A stretch of 34,475 nt of DNA from a virus. Lineage: Duplodnaviria > Caudoviricetes. The stretch lies in IMG/VR virus record IMGVR_UViG_3300032218_004045, positions 1 to 34,475 of that record; one strand, written 5' to 3'. Positions 1-10,111 of the stretch are shown one piece after another; within the stretch, counting starts at the first letter, position 1, and every line of letters begins with the position of its first letter. The translations under genes and the position numbers were made by a program. The notes beneath the pieces are model-generated. The model saw only the letters and a list, made by a program, of their open reading frames with translations, did not search any database and had not been told where the DNA came from.

Positions 1-172
1 AGTGGTTGTGGTTGTGGTAGTTGTCGGCGCAGCCGTAGTGGTTGTGGTTGTGGTAGTTGTCGGCGCAGCCGTAGTGGTTGTGGTTGTGGTAGTTGTCGGC
101 GCAGCCGTAGTGGTTGTGGTTGTTGTAGTTGTCGGAGCAGCCGTGGTTGTCGTTGTAGTTGTCGTAGTTGTT
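1..172 (-). repeat. 36-bp coding tandem repeat encoding T9-AAP
   Basis: cgg(c/a)gcagcc recurs at 25, 61, 97, 133 (period 36). Confidence 0.9.
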
Positions 173-1029
173 CCTGAACTAACTATCTGATCTACAACCC
201 CCTCTAATCCTGCAGGATCAGATAACACAGGTAAAATCTCAGCATGAGTAGCATCCCAGTCTCCAATAGCAGCATTGTTACCCTCTCCATTTTCTCCAAG
301 ATTTTGTAAATTATCAAAAATACTACTATTTTGAGTAAAGTTTTCTGTTGCTGTTGCTATAAAATTTGCTTCATCTGATGTTAATACTAAATCTTCTTGT
401 GAACTTTGGATTCCAATCCCTGTCTCAAAACTACTTCTAGTTAAGCCATAAAAAGCTAATACTTTCCCAAAACCATCCCAAGTTGCTCCATCTCCACCAT
501 TCCATAAAACTCCATTATTATTGGCAACTCTTTTAAGAATAGGCACAATAGCACCACCTAATTTAACTACATTATTAATACTAGACCAACTCATTTCAAA
601 AGAAAGATAAGCATTTGCCCCAGTTCCATTTTTCAAAATATTTAGAGTTACTGGACCAAGAGTTAATTTGGTTGTAGAGTTATATGTTGTAGAAACAGTA
701 TTATAATTTACTCTTATAGTATCAATAATCTTAGCACTACCATAAGCCTTGTTTGTATAATAAATTTTTATACTATGTGTTGATGTTGTCAAATCTAATA
801 ATTGGAGTTCATTATTTCCTGATATTCCTGATTTATTATCTCCCCATTGAGCTATCTTTTTAGTCTTTACTCTATTTTTATAATCTACAGAACTAGTAGT
901 AATATAAAAGTGAGGATCTCCCCAAGCTCCAACTGTCATTCCTGGCAAGACAGATAGTGCGGGAGATGGTGGTTTTGGTGGATTGGTTTTGGCTTGACCA
1001 TTTACTATAAAGAATTTGCCATTTTTCAT
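1..1029 (-). CDS. Virion/surface protein with GDPH motif and (T9AAP)n repeats; paralog of 1045-3981, runs off window start
   Basis: Not in ORF track. ATG at 1029-1027 reads MKNGKFFIVNGQAKTNPPKPPSPALSVLPGMTVGAWGDPHFYIT..., collinear with the N-terminus of the 978-aa ORF; same frame gives poly-Thr/AAP at 1-172. Confidence 0.85.
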   Translation of the reverse strand, partial: MKNGKFFIVNGQAKTNPPKPPSPALSVLPGMTVGAWGDPHFYITTSSVDYKNRVKTKKIAQWGDNKSGISGNNELQLLDLTTSTHSIKIYYTNKAYGSAKIIDTIRVNYNTVSTTYNSTTKLTLGPVTLNILKNGTGANAYLSFEMSWSSINNVVKLGGAIVPILKRVANNNGVLWNGGDGATWDGFGKVLAFYGLTRSSFETGIGIQSSQEDLVLTSDEANFIATATENFTQNSSIFDNLQNLGENGEGNNAAIGDWDATHAEILPVLSDPAGLEGVVDQIVSSGTTTTTTTTTTAAPTTTTTTTTTAAPTTTTTTTTTAAPTTTTTTTTTAAPTTTTTTTT

Positions 1030-1044
1030 TTTGTGTATTCCATT

Positions 1045-3981
1045 TCAATAATAAAGACTGCAATCTACCACGACGTATTCGCCTGGATAACCCTCATAAT
1101 TTGGAGCACTGCCGCCGTCGCAAGTACAACCTGTTGCACAATTGTCCATAGATATAAACCAACCTCTTGGGCCCGGGTTGGGTATTCTCCCCGCCCTATA
1201 AGTCCAGCCGCACGTTCCACACGGCGCAGCCGTTGTGGTTGTGGTTGTAGGTTCTGCTGTCGTTGTTGTGGTTGTGGTTGTAGTCGGAGCGGCCGTGGTG
1301 GTTGTTGTGGGCGTAGCGCCGCCGGGATCGGGGAACGCAGCCGTGGGAACCGTGATCGTCTCGGTCGAGTATAGACCGACACCCTTCGTGACGCGGATTT
1401 CATCAAAATACATTTCGTTAGCAGCGGACAATTCAAACGAACGCGACGAGCCGTAGTTTGAGGTGTCGGCTTTGCTGAAAATTCGTGTGCCGTCGTAATA
1501 AATGTGCAGTGTGCCGCTTACGCGACTCATAGCTAGGTGGTGCCATTCACCGGTAGTTACGGTTGGGCCAAAACCGTAGATTGCGTCATCATAAGATACC
1601 GAGCCATAGCTCACTTTGGTCTTATTGCTACCGCTGCTTGGTCCTTCGTAACCGGCGTTTAAGCCGAGGTCAGGCAAGCCGTCTTCTCGCCAGCCCTCAC
1701 CTAATCGCAAAAAGGAGCAATTCCAATTACAGTTTCCTTGCGTTGAAGTGCGATACCAAAAAAATTCAATTGTAAAATCTCCAGTTCCAAAGCCAAACGC
1801 CGAAGACCTGTTGGTCGAAAGCACCCCGGTATAAACAGAGGTTACTGATTTACTACCAAACTTTGCATAGTTAGTGCTCTGCGTGGGTGGCCATCCGTAT
1901 TGGCCGCTGGTAGTAAGCGTATTCGCCAGTGGGCTGGAGTCTACAAATGTGCTGTCGCTGCCTTCGCAGTGCAGTAGCAAACTGAGGTTGCTATTTGGCG
2001 CAGCAGTTGTGGTGGTGGTAGTGGTGGTGGGTGCTGACGTTGGGCCAGTATTTAAAAATGCTGCAGATGGGACGGTAAGCGTCGGACCTGAGTAGCGAAC
2101 GGCCGTAGTCACGCGGAATTCGTCTATCTGGCCTGATAGCATTAAATCACTGCCTGATAATCCAATTAAGAAAGTGTTCCAGTTGTATGATCCAGACGAC
2201 GCTCCCGTCAAGACGCGACTTCCATCGAAATACACACTAGCGGTGCTACCTTCTTGCACGACTGCGATGTGATACCACTGTCCTGTTGTGGCGGATGTGG
2301 AGGCTTGACCGATATAGTTATTACCGACCCATAACTGTACTGTACTGCCCGAAAACCTAAGCTCATGCCCGAGAGCTCCCCACGGCCCCGGCGTGCTAAA
2401 AATGCACCCGCCGAGTGAGTCAAAAAGAACCCAACACTCAACGGTCCAATCGCCCGAAAAGGGCGAGATCGGAGCAGATAGGCCACTGGGGCCACTGCCG
2501 CTTGGAAACTTGAGCGATGCCGACCCAAATTTCGGGGTACCGTCGGCCGTGACTCGTTGATTTCTGTAGCCAGAAACTGTTCTTCCGTAGGACGAAGAAT
2601 CCGTAAAATCACCATCTCCGTGAAGAAGCAGTTGCACTAACGAAAAGTATGGATCGCCCGGAGCAGCCGTGGTGGTTGTCGTTGTTGTCGGCTCTACTGT
2701 CGTTGTGGTAGTAGTTGTAGTGCTAGTAGTGGTGGTTGTGGTGGTTGTGGTGGTTGTGGTTGGAGAACAACACTCTTGAACCTCTAATCCTAAGCCGGTC
2801 AGTGGACAGCATTTTCCATTACAACAAGTGGAGCCGTTTCCATAATTATCCGCAGTGGTTGTGGTCGTTCCGCCACCTGGGATTGTATATGTAAAGTTTA
2901 TGTATCCTAGGCCCTGCGAACCGCCAGACAGCGCCTGATTGCAAGGAACTGATTTCATCCAACCAAGAAAAGTTCCATAGGCATAGTCAGTATACCAGCC
3001 TGAATCAACAGGAATAGCATCTTCTGGTGCGCTAAAGTTTTCAAATTTACAACAGTCTGCACTGTTTCCGCACTGAGTGGGGCTAGCGGTTGTTGTGGTA
3101 GTTGAAGTAGTAGTCGTTGTTGTGCCTGAACCAACTATCTGATCAACAACTCCTTCTAAACCAATAGGATTATCTAAAACCTGTAATACTTCTGTTGTAG
3201 TTTCATCCCATTCAGCAACAGGAGTATTATTTTCGTCATTAAAATCATCAAAAATATTACTTTCCTGCACAAAGTTATCTCTAGCAATTTCTAAAAAATT
3301 GGCTTCATCTGCTGATAATACCAATTCTTCTTCTACACTTTGAATTCCAATTCCGGTTTCAAAGCTACTTCTATTCAAACCGTAAGGAGCACCAGCTACA
3401 CTAAAACCATCAACGTATCGACCAGATCCTCCACTCCATCGATTTCCATTATTAGCTGTTACTCTTTTAAGAATAACAGTTATTGCTCCGCCTAATTTTA
3501 CAACATTATTTATAGTGCTCCAACTAGCCTCAAAACTGATATGTCCTCCTCCTTCTGAGAATTTAATTATACTAAGAGATATCGGACCTGCTGTCACTTT
3601 TGCTGTATTGGTATAAGTAGTAGATACTCCGTTAATTTCTACCCTAATATTAGCAATAACCTTAGCTCCATTAAGCATAGGTTGTGTCCATATTCTATTA
3701 GTATAGAAAATCTTAACAGAATGTGTGGTTGTTTGTAAATCTATTAATTTTAGCTCATTATTTCCAGATGTTCCTTGTTTATTATCATCCCATGTTGCAA
3801 TTGTTTTTGTTACTGTTCTCTTTTTACTATCTAAAGAACTAAGGGTCATATACATATGAGGGTCACCACCGCCTCCAATAGTCATTGACGGTAAACTTGA
3901 TACCGGCGGAGATGGTGGTTTTGGCGGATTGGTTTTGGCTTGGCCATTAACTATAAAAAATTTGCCTCTGCTGCTGCTCAT
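1045..3981 (-). CDS. Large virion/receptor-binding protein: GDPH domain, Cys-rich segments, poly-Thr linkers, two LamG/ConA-like domains
   Basis: GGGGDPHMY; two copies of LLLHxxG..FxDSS..DW/FTxE..WxHxA..DExRVT typical of LamG_3 domains (about 2045-2660 and 1325-1995); follows tail fibre gene. Confidence 0.8.
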   Translation of the reverse strand: MSSSRGKFFIVNGQAKTNPPKPPSPPVSSLPSMTIGGGGDPHMYMTLSSLDSKKRTVTKTIATWDDNKQGTSGNNELKLIDLQTTTHSVKIFYTNRIWTQPMLNGAKVIANIRVEINGVSTTYTNTAKVTAGPISLSIIKFSEGGGHISFEASWSTINNVVKLGGAITVILKRVTANNGNRWSGGSGRYVDGFSVAGAPYGLNRSSFETGIGIQSVEEELVLSADEANFLEIARDNFVQESNIFDDFNDENNTPVAEWDETTTEVLQVLDNPIGLEGVVDQIVGSGTTTTTTSTTTTTASPTQCGNSADCCKFENFSAPEDAIPVDSGWYTDYAYGTFLGWMKSVPCNQALSGGSQGLGYINFTYTIPGGGTTTTTADNYGNGSTCCNGKCCPLTGLGLEVQECCSPTTTTTTTTTTTTSTTTTTTTTVEPTTTTTTTAAPGDPYFSLVQLLLHGDGDFTDSSSYGRTVSGYRNQRVTADGTPKFGSASLKFPSGSGPSGLSAPISPFSGDWTVECWVLFDSLGGCIFSTPGPWGALGHELRFSGSTVQLWVGNNYIGQASTSATTGQWYHIAVVQEGSTASVYFDGSRVLTGASSGSYNWNTFLIGLSGSDLMLSGQIDEFRVTTAVRYSGPTLTVPSAAFLNTGPTSAPTTTTTTTTAAPNSNLSLLLHCEGSDSTFVDSSPLANTLTTSGQYGWPPTQSTNYAKFGSKSVTSVYTGVLSTNRSSAFGFGTGDFTIEFFWYRTSTQGNCNWNCSFLRLGEGWREDGLPDLGLNAGYEGPSSGSNKTKVSYGSVSYDDAIYGFGPTVTTGEWHHLAMSRVSGTLHIYYDGTRIFSKADTSNYGSSRSFELSAANEMYFDEIRVTKGVGLYSTETITVPTAAFPDPGGATPTTTTTAAPTTTTTTTTTAEPTTTTTTAAPCGTCGWTYRAGRIPNPGPRGWFISMDNCATGCTCDGGSAPNYEGYPGEYVVVDCSLYY

Positions 3982-4061
3982 GTTATAATGCCTATTTCAA
4001 AAATAAAGAGTTAAATTAGATTTATATCAAAAAAAATATAAAAAATTGACAATAGACTTAA

Positions 4062-6956
4062 TTATGGTGTTCCGCCATCAATAATAAAGTATTTTAGTGT
4101 TGTAGCTGGTGTTGTATTTGACGAACCCAATAGCTGATTATTAGCAGCATCAAATCTTAAGTTGTTATTAACACTTGGCTTAAGATTGCCATCAGTACCA
4201 TTAACAAACACAAGATTATTTACATTGCTTGTACTAAGATCAACTTCAACATTATTGGCATTAGTAGCAGTACCTGTCAAGTTGCCAACAAATGATGTGC
4301 TAGACACACTACTTAGTCCTGATACAGCTGTAATAGTTCCGCCAAGACTAACTGATGTTGAACCAATTGTAACAGAACTATTAACTAACTGAGAATTATC
4401 AACACCGCTAGTCTTGATGCTAACAGATCCAGAAGAGACACTAAAATCTCCACTATCAAAACTAGCTATTCCCTTAGCCGATGTTGAGGCATCTTGTACC
4501 GAGGCTGTTGTTACTCCTGTTACTCGTCCATAAGAGTCTCTTGTTACACTCTGTACAAAACTAGTACCAGATGAACCACTGCCATCTGTTTGACTCACAG
4601 TATCAAGATCAATACTATCAGCGTTAACAACTATACGACCAGCCGTACCAACAGCATCTATAGTATTACCATTCTTTGTTAAACCAGCACCAGCAGTTAT
4701 CTGGCCAGCACCAGAAAATTGAGCAAATACTAGTGAGGTGGTGCCCAGAACTATCTCGTCATTAGTAGTTAGTACCCATCCACTATCAGCATTAGCGGTA
4801 CCCTCAGATACGAAAGTGAACATTCCTGCTGTAACTTCTGAACTACTATCAGCATCAGATGCTCTATTCCAAGATCCAGCAGCTACCTCATAGATACCGT
4901 TTTGACTACCAGTACTCTGATTCTTTACCAATACTCTATCACCAGCCACAAGCACCACACCATCAATAGTTTGTGTGCCAGATCTTGTTATATTCTCTGT
5001 TGTAGCAACTCTAACACTTGCTTTAACATCAAGACCCATTCGTGCAGCATCAACGTATGCTTTTGTAGCAGCGTCCTGGGCACTAACTGGATCTGCCAAG
5101 CTAGTGATCTTAACACTATTAAAGGATACGTCAGCTGACGGAGCGGACATTTGATCCAAACGGTTAGTTCTTACAGCAGTATTAAAATCATTAATATTAC
5201 TAGCAACTAATCCACTACCACTAACAGTAAGATTACCGTTAACAGTAACTCCACTCATTGTGGGGTTATTTGCAAATACTAGCGATCCTGTTCCTGTTTC
5301 ATCACTAATAACTCCGGCTAGTTCAGACGAAGTGGTAGACGATAAGGCATTTAACTTATTGCTTGTATACAGTACTGTTCCACCTGCTCCAAAAGAGACA
5401 GAACTAGAATCTGTACCACTAAATGTTAAAGTATTATTAGCAGTAAGAGTTTTTCCATCAGCAACAGTTAATGTAGATCCATTTGCTGGAGCCGTGATTG
5501 TGACTTTATTTACCGAGGTAGCAGTTGCTGCTCCTAAAGTAGGATTAACTAATGTTGGACTATTATTAAAAACCAGTAGTCCACTACCAGTTTCATCACT
5601 AATAACCCCGGCTAGTTGTGAAGATGTTGTCGAAGCAAACTGGGCTAAATTTCCTGCCACAGCAGCGCGACTAGTATCTGTTGGATGAACGTGATCAGCG
5701 CGAGCTGCTGTTGTAGCAGTACCTACGGCTGCGGTACTATCCATTAATGGAGTTGAACTGCTTAAACCAGTAATACTATTAAATGACGTACCTGTTGCTA
5801 CTCCAATGTTTGGAGAAACAAGTGTAGGACTATTAGAAAATACTAAATTCCCCGATCCGGTTTCGTCAGTAACAAGGGCTGAAAGATTATTGCTACTTGG
5901 TGTTAGTAAAAAGCTTCTAGCATTAGCCGACAAATCAGTAACATCAACTAGTTGAACTGTAGGATCGCTTAGGCTAACAACATAATTACCACTATTATGA
6001 GTTAAAGCTATTCCACTACCTGCCGTTAAAGCACTACTGATGGTAAGGGTATTGGTTCCGCTGCTATACACAATATCAACGCCGCTACCACCAACAATAC
6101 TTGCGCTGACAGCATTATCAATAAGAGCATTAACGCCACTAGCAAAGTTGGTAATTAAAGAAGTTGGAATACCAGTTATCGATACCTGCAGAGTGTTAGC
6201 CGCATCGTTATAGCTAACACCAATACCAGAACTTGCAGTTACTAGATTAGCAACCCTATCATCAATGGTCTCGGCTAGGCTATCCGAACCTACTGTTACG
6301 CTACCAGATAATGTAACATTAGTTAGTGTTGCTCCACTAGCAAATACTAATGCCCCACCACCAGTTTCATCAGTAACTAGTGTTTTTAGATTGCTACTAC
6401 TTGGTGTGCTCAAGAACGTTCTAGCATTAGAAGTAAGATCCGTAATATCATTTAGTTGTATACTAGGATCACTTAAACTAATAGTAGCTGTCTTCCCGAC
6501 ATTATCATAACTAAAAGCTATACCACTTACCCCAGTAATGGTAGAACCGATGATATCTTTAACTGTATTCTCATTTACTGGAGAACTAATAACAAAACCA
6601 TTATCTCCAGTAGGAGATACAGTAATATTATTTCCGGCTATAATACTCTTAACTGGTAGTAGTCCGCTTACAGCACTAGAAAAATCGCTTAAATAACTAG
6701 AAGTTAAACCCGTAACTGATACTGTAGCAATACCGCTTCCAGCTGCGTAAGAGATATTGATTCCACTAGAGCCTACTAAATCGCTTCCTATAATAGTTGC
6801 CCATGGTAAACTGCTCCATAGACTAGTACCATCACCAACCTTAAACTTTTTCAGACTTAGATCGTATCCGAGCTCTCCCTGAGAAAGAGCATCTATCGAT
6901 GCCAACCACTCTGCTGTTGTTCCGCGACGAATCTGAATCTTTGTTTGAGCTGGCAT
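4062..6956 (-). CDS. Tail fibre protein with Mtd_N-like N-terminus
   Basis: IQIRRGTTAEW..GELGYD..KFKVGDG..WSSLP N-terminus; four DETGxGxLVF repeats; DAATKAYVD and VRVATT..IDGV..GDRVLVKNQ..NGIY motifs; C-terminal IDGGTP. Confidence 0.8.
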   Translation of the reverse strand: MPAQTKIQIRRGTTAEWLASIDALSQGELGYDLSLKKFKVGDGTSLWSSLPWATIIGSDLVGSSGINISYAAGSGIATVSVTGLTSSYLSDFSSAVSGLLPVKSIIAGNNITVSPTGDNGFVISSPVNENTVKDIIGSTITGVSGIAFSYDNVGKTATISLSDPSIQLNDITDLTSNARTFLSTPSSSNLKTLVTDETGGGALVFASGATLTNVTLSGSVTVGSDSLAETIDDRVANLVTASSGIGVSYNDAANTLQVSITGIPTSLITNFASGVNALIDNAVSASIVGGSGVDIVYSSGTNTLTISSALTAGSGIALTHNSGNYVVSLSDPTVQLVDVTDLSANARSFLLTPSSNNLSALVTDETGSGNLVFSNSPTLVSPNIGVATGTSFNSITGLSSSTPLMDSTAAVGTATTAARADHVHPTDTSRAAVAGNLAQFASTTSSQLAGVISDETGSGLLVFNNSPTLVNPTLGAATATSVNKVTITAPANGSTLTVADGKTLTANNTLTFSGTDSSSVSFGAGGTVLYTSNKLNALSSTTSSELAGVISDETGTGSLVFANNPTMSGVTVNGNLTVSGSGLVASNINDFNTAVRTNRLDQMSAPSADVSFNSVKITSLADPVSAQDAATKAYVDAARMGLDVKASVRVATTENITRSGTQTIDGVVLVAGDRVLVKNQSTGSQNGIYEVAAGSWNRASDADSSSEVTAGMFTFVSEGTANADSGWVLTTNDEIVLGTTSLVFAQFSGAGQITAGAGLTKNGNTIDAVGTAGRIVVNADSIDLDTVSQTDGSGSSGTSFVQSVTRDSYGRVTGVTTASVQDASTSAKGIASFDSGDFSVSSGSVSIKTSGVDNSQLVNSSVTIGSTSVSLGGTITAVSGLSSVSSTSFVGNLTGTATNANNVEVDLSTSNVNNLVFVNGTDGNLKPSVNNNLRFDAANNQLLGSSNTTPATTLKYFIIDGGTP

Positions 6957-7003
6957 AGTATTCTCCGATTATTTTCTAATGGTTAAAGAATTTTGAATGT
7001 TAA

Positions 7004-7267
7004 TTAGGGTGTTCCGCAATCAAAAGAGTATTCATCAAGATAGTTGTCTAAATTATCAATCCTACTAACGTCAAGACTACCAATAATTTTACTAAAAGGA
7101 ATATCTGGCAAATCACTAACATTAATAATAGCACTAGCACTTAATATATTTACACTAGAAGATGAAAATCTTTCAATTTCTACTATTCCTATATTATCTA
7201 TAAAACTAGTTTCTATAGATATAATATTAGGTTCTATATTTTCAACAACTACTGTAAAGTCATTCAT
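7004..7267 (-). CDS. Small virion-associated protein
   Basis: ATG at 7267 overlaps upstream stop (ATGA coupling); ends FDCGTP, resembling the tail fibre C-terminal IDGGTP. Confidence 0.6.
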   Translation of the reverse strand: MNDFTVVVENIEPNIISIETSFIDNIGIVEIERFSSSSVNILSASAIINVSDLPDIPFSKIIGSLDVSRIDNLDNYLDEYSFDCGTP

Positions 7268-7668
7268 GTGTGACAATCCAATAAAGAGTTATCTTCACTA
7301 AATCTGTGTGTAATTTTAACTGTTCCAAATATTAGTCTAATAATTTCTTTTCCTCCTCCGGTATACATATCGTCTGGGCTTTCTAATTCAAGGTCATATT
7401 TAGCCTTATTAAAGATAAATCCGTTGGTGGTATGGGCTGGAAGTTGTAATAGTAATTTCCCATCAGCTCCAATTATTTGAAATTTATAGATACCATGATC
7501 CATATTTGTGGTAGAAAAAATTTGGGTTACTTCATCTTCTGTTTTCCAAATTAGTCTAGCACACCAATTAGTTATGTCTATGGGATTATTATTACTATCT
7601 TTATATATCAACGAAAGTTTAAATGAGGTTCCCTGTTCTATAGAGAAGTCATATTTACTTGCTGGCAT
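7264..7668 (-). CDS. Virion structural protein (BppU N-terminal-like adaptor)
   Basis: IEQGTSF..PIDIT..ARL..YDLEL pattern common in phage fibre-attachment proteins; position before fibre genes. Confidence 0.55.
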   Translation of the reverse strand: MPASKYDFSIEQGTSFKLSLIYKDSNNNPIDITNWCARLIWKTEDEVTQIFSTTNMDHGIYKFQIIGADGKLLLQLPAHTTNGFIFNKAKYDLELESPDDMYTGGGKEIIRLIFGTVKITHRFSEDNSLLDCHT

Positions 7669-7757
7669 AGTAATTAGCCTATAATGTTATTGTAAATATA
7701 TTTATCTACCCATACTTAGATAGATATACACCTTATAGCAGAAGATAAGGAGTTAGC

Positions 7758-7794
7758 AAAAAAAAGAAGGGCCGGGGTTTTAAGCCCAGCCCTT
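7758..7794 (-). terminator. Rho-independent terminator after major capsid gene
   Basis: Minus strand AAGGGCTGGG..CCCGGCCCTT hairpin followed by C and a T-run, about 30 nt after the MCP stop. Confidence 0.85.
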
Positions 7795-7825
7795 ACTTCT
7801 TTATCAAATTATGATAACGATCTGA

Positions 7826-8836
7826 TTAGAGAGCGCCGAGTAGAACTCTGCGGTTGTCTAGAACGGCAAAGCCTAGCTCAGCCCATCCGTAAAAGCCTGC
7901 TCTCTTCTGACGATGTAGTGTCTCATCTTCGAAGATTTGAACTTCTTCACGAACTGGCATAATGAAGCTATCACTCTTGCGCTGGTCAAGACCAACAACA
8001 ATTTCACTCTTGCTACCGGGTAGCGAACCGTTGAGTACATTACTATAGAATAGTTGGTACTCTTGGCCGACACCTAGTTCGTCTAGATCATGAAGATTAA
8101 CACCGAAGACACGGTTTAGTGTGCCGTCAGCAGCAGTATAGATCTCACGACGAGTTGTTTCGTCGATTTGATCGATACCCCAGTTACGGATATCTTCCAT
8201 GCTTTCTGGTGAAACATAAAGATCTGTTAGGATACCACGGTTATTACTAGCCGAGTTACCACCAGCATTTCTACGCATCACTGTCTTCATGAGACTAACT
8301 AGACGCTTGGTGAACTGGTTGTTGGCAGCATCGCTGTCGAAAACAACGATATTACGATCAACACCAGCAGCTAATAGAGTGTGCCATCCGTCATCATTCA
8401 TCTTCTTGACGAATGAACCTTCTAGCACTTCCATAGCGCGACCAACAACGTCCCAGCGAGCATCACGAGCATACTTGAGAAGATAGTCAATACTGGAACC
8501 AATATCATATACTGGCACCATGACGTAATCACTCTCAACATGACGTTCTGGAATATAACCATGGTTTGGAATGGTATATGCCACAAAGTCTTTTTCTGTT
8601 CCAGGAGCAAGGAAGTCCAATGGGAACTCTGGAGTAGCTCCTTGAGCAAGCTTAACTGGCTCGAAGATGCCATCAAGAATATCACCACTGAGTAAACCTT
8701 TTCTCAATGGAAGCTCAAGAGCTTTTGCAAATTCTGCATTAGCTGCTAGAGCTACTTCACGATTCTGTGAACCAGAACGAACAAGTAGGTCTGTTAATTC
8801 TGGTGTAGGCTGAAATTTCTGAGTTTTAGCTGACAT
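7826..8836 (-). CDS. Major capsid protein (HK97-fold)
   Basis: 336 aa; last gene of portal-protease-decoration block, followed by terminator; C-terminal GFYGWAELGFAVLD typical of HK97-fold MCPs. Confidence 0.8.
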   Translation of the reverse strand: MSAKTQKFQPTPELTDLLVRSGSQNREVALAANAEFAKALELPLRKGLLSGDILDGIFEPVKLAQGATPEFPLDFLAPGTEKDFVAYTIPNHGYIPERHVESDYVMVPVYDIGSSIDYLLKYARDARWDVVGRAMEVLEGSFVKKMNDDGWHTLLAAGVDRNIVVFDSDAANNQFTKRLVSLMKTVMRRNAGGNSASNNRGILTDLYVSPESMEDIRNWGIDQIDETTRREIYTAADGTLNRVFGVNLHDLDELGVGQEYQLFYSNVLNGSLPGSKSEIVVGLDQRKSDSFIMPVREEVQIFEDETLHRQKRAGFYGWAELGFAVLDNRRVLLGAL

Positions 8837-8854
8837 GTTTAGTTTTCTCCATTA

Positions 8855-9310
8855 TCAGGTGATATTGATATCTACTTTGACGTAACCATCGGCATCTTTG
8901 CTACCAAGGAATCTTCCAACTTTTGTGCTGTTTGTACTAACTGTAGTGAGATTACCACTACCGTCATAGTAGGCATCAGCACCGGCGGTTGGAGAAACGG
9001 CAGCTACCATATTTGTAACAACTTGTCCCTGACGAAGGACAGTTACCTTCGAACCTACAGGAACCTCGTCACGGTACCAGTTTAGATGCTGTCTAGTTAG
9101 GTCATAACTGACAACGTCATTTAGTAATAGACCGGCTGGCTTGGTGCCGGAAGGTGTGCCTGTTGGGTATGCAACAGTAGCACCGCCGTCATCAAGAGAT
9201 GATCCACTACCAGAAGTAACATGAACTACGATACCACCTCTTTCGGCAGCAGCGTCCATGAAATTTGAAACGTCTGTGTATGATTCAACACGATGTGGTT
9301 TAAGAGCCAT
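8855..9310 (-). CDS. Head decoration/capsid cement protein
   Basis: 151 aa, Gly/Val beta-rich, between scaffold and MCP; strong GGAG RBS. Confidence 0.65.
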   Translation of the reverse strand: MALKPHRVESYTDVSNFMDAAAERGGIVVHVTSGSGSSLDDGGATVAYPTGTPSGTKPAGLLLNDVVSYDLTRQHLNWYRDEVPVGSKVTVLRQGQVVTNMVAAVSPTAGADAYYDGSGNLTTVSTNSTKVGRFLGSKDADGYVKVDINIT

Positions 9311-9331
9311 TTTAGATTCTCCCTATAGTAA

Positions 9332-10111
9332 TTAGTGTTTCTTACCGAGTCTGCTGGAAACGAATTCTACCAATGCTGCGCGTGTTGCTTCAACGCCTGA
9401 ATGGACATCTCCGCCAACACCAAGATTAACCCCAGTTTCTACTTCTGCTGTTTCTAAAACAGAGGCATCAACTATATCTTCTGAAGTTTCTTTTTCGGAT
9501 GCTTTGCGTTTCATCATCATAGCATCTTCTTCTTCTTTATCTTCTTTGTCTTTCTTTGCTGCTTTTTCTTTTTCGTCTTCTTTATCTTGTTCGTCATCTC
9601 TCTTTTTAATCTTCTCTAACCATGGAGGCATCTTTCCAGCAAATAGAGATGTCATAGCAGCAAATGTTTCATCGTCCATGCTTTCGAACTTATCAGCTGT
9701 AGCGTTAGCTGTATCAGCATCTAGACCGTTTTCCATTAAAGCAGAAGCTCTTTTCATCTTCTTCTCTTTTTTAACCATCTCTTCTTCTTTGGCCTTGTAT
9801 CCAGCGATGGTTTCAAGAGCCGCTTCAAGATCTGACTTTGTTTTCTTCATGTCTTCGTCTTTTTTAGCCATCATCTCTTCTTCCATCTTGGTAGCTTCTT
9901 CCTTCTTTGCAGCAACGGCTTCTTGTGAAGCTGTTAACTCAGCGATGGTCTGCTCTTTAGCTTTAATTTCCATCTCTAAAGCAGCTACCTTGTCTTTTAG
10001 CTCAGAGGCTAGTGAATAAGCTTCCTTGACTACTTCAGCTGATGAAGTTGTCATAGCTTCAATTTTAGTTTTAAGTTCAGCTACTTCTGCTTGAATATTT
10101 TCTAAATTCAT
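9332..10111 (-). CDS. Nested in-frame scaffold protein (internal start)
   Basis: GGAG (10121-10124) 9 nt before in-frame ATG (MNLENIQAEVAELK) exactly where the coiled coil begins. Confidence 0.6.
   Translation of the reverse strand: MNLENIQAEVAELKTKIEAMTTSSAEVVKEAYSLASELKDKVAALEMEIKAKEQTIAELTASQEAVAAKKEEATKMEEEMMAKKDEDMKKTKSDLEAALETIAGYKAKEEEMVKKEKKMKRASALMENGLDADTANATADKFESMDDETFAAMTSLFAGKMPPWLEKIKKRDDEQDKEDEKEKAAKKDKEDKEEEDAMMMKRKASEKETSEDIVDASVLETAEVETGVNLGVGGDVHSGVEATRAALVEFVSSRLGKKH

Noticed and set aside
2-2615. Poly-Val and other short overlapping ORFs in the track (e.g. 2-190, 994-1374, 1235-1456, 2208-2615)
   Set aside because: Antisense or frame shadows of the poly-Thr and LamG coding sequence
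4062-6956. Diversity-generating retroelement target
   Set aside because: Only the Mtd_N-like anchor is present; no C-type lectin variable region, template repeat or reverse transcriptase seen
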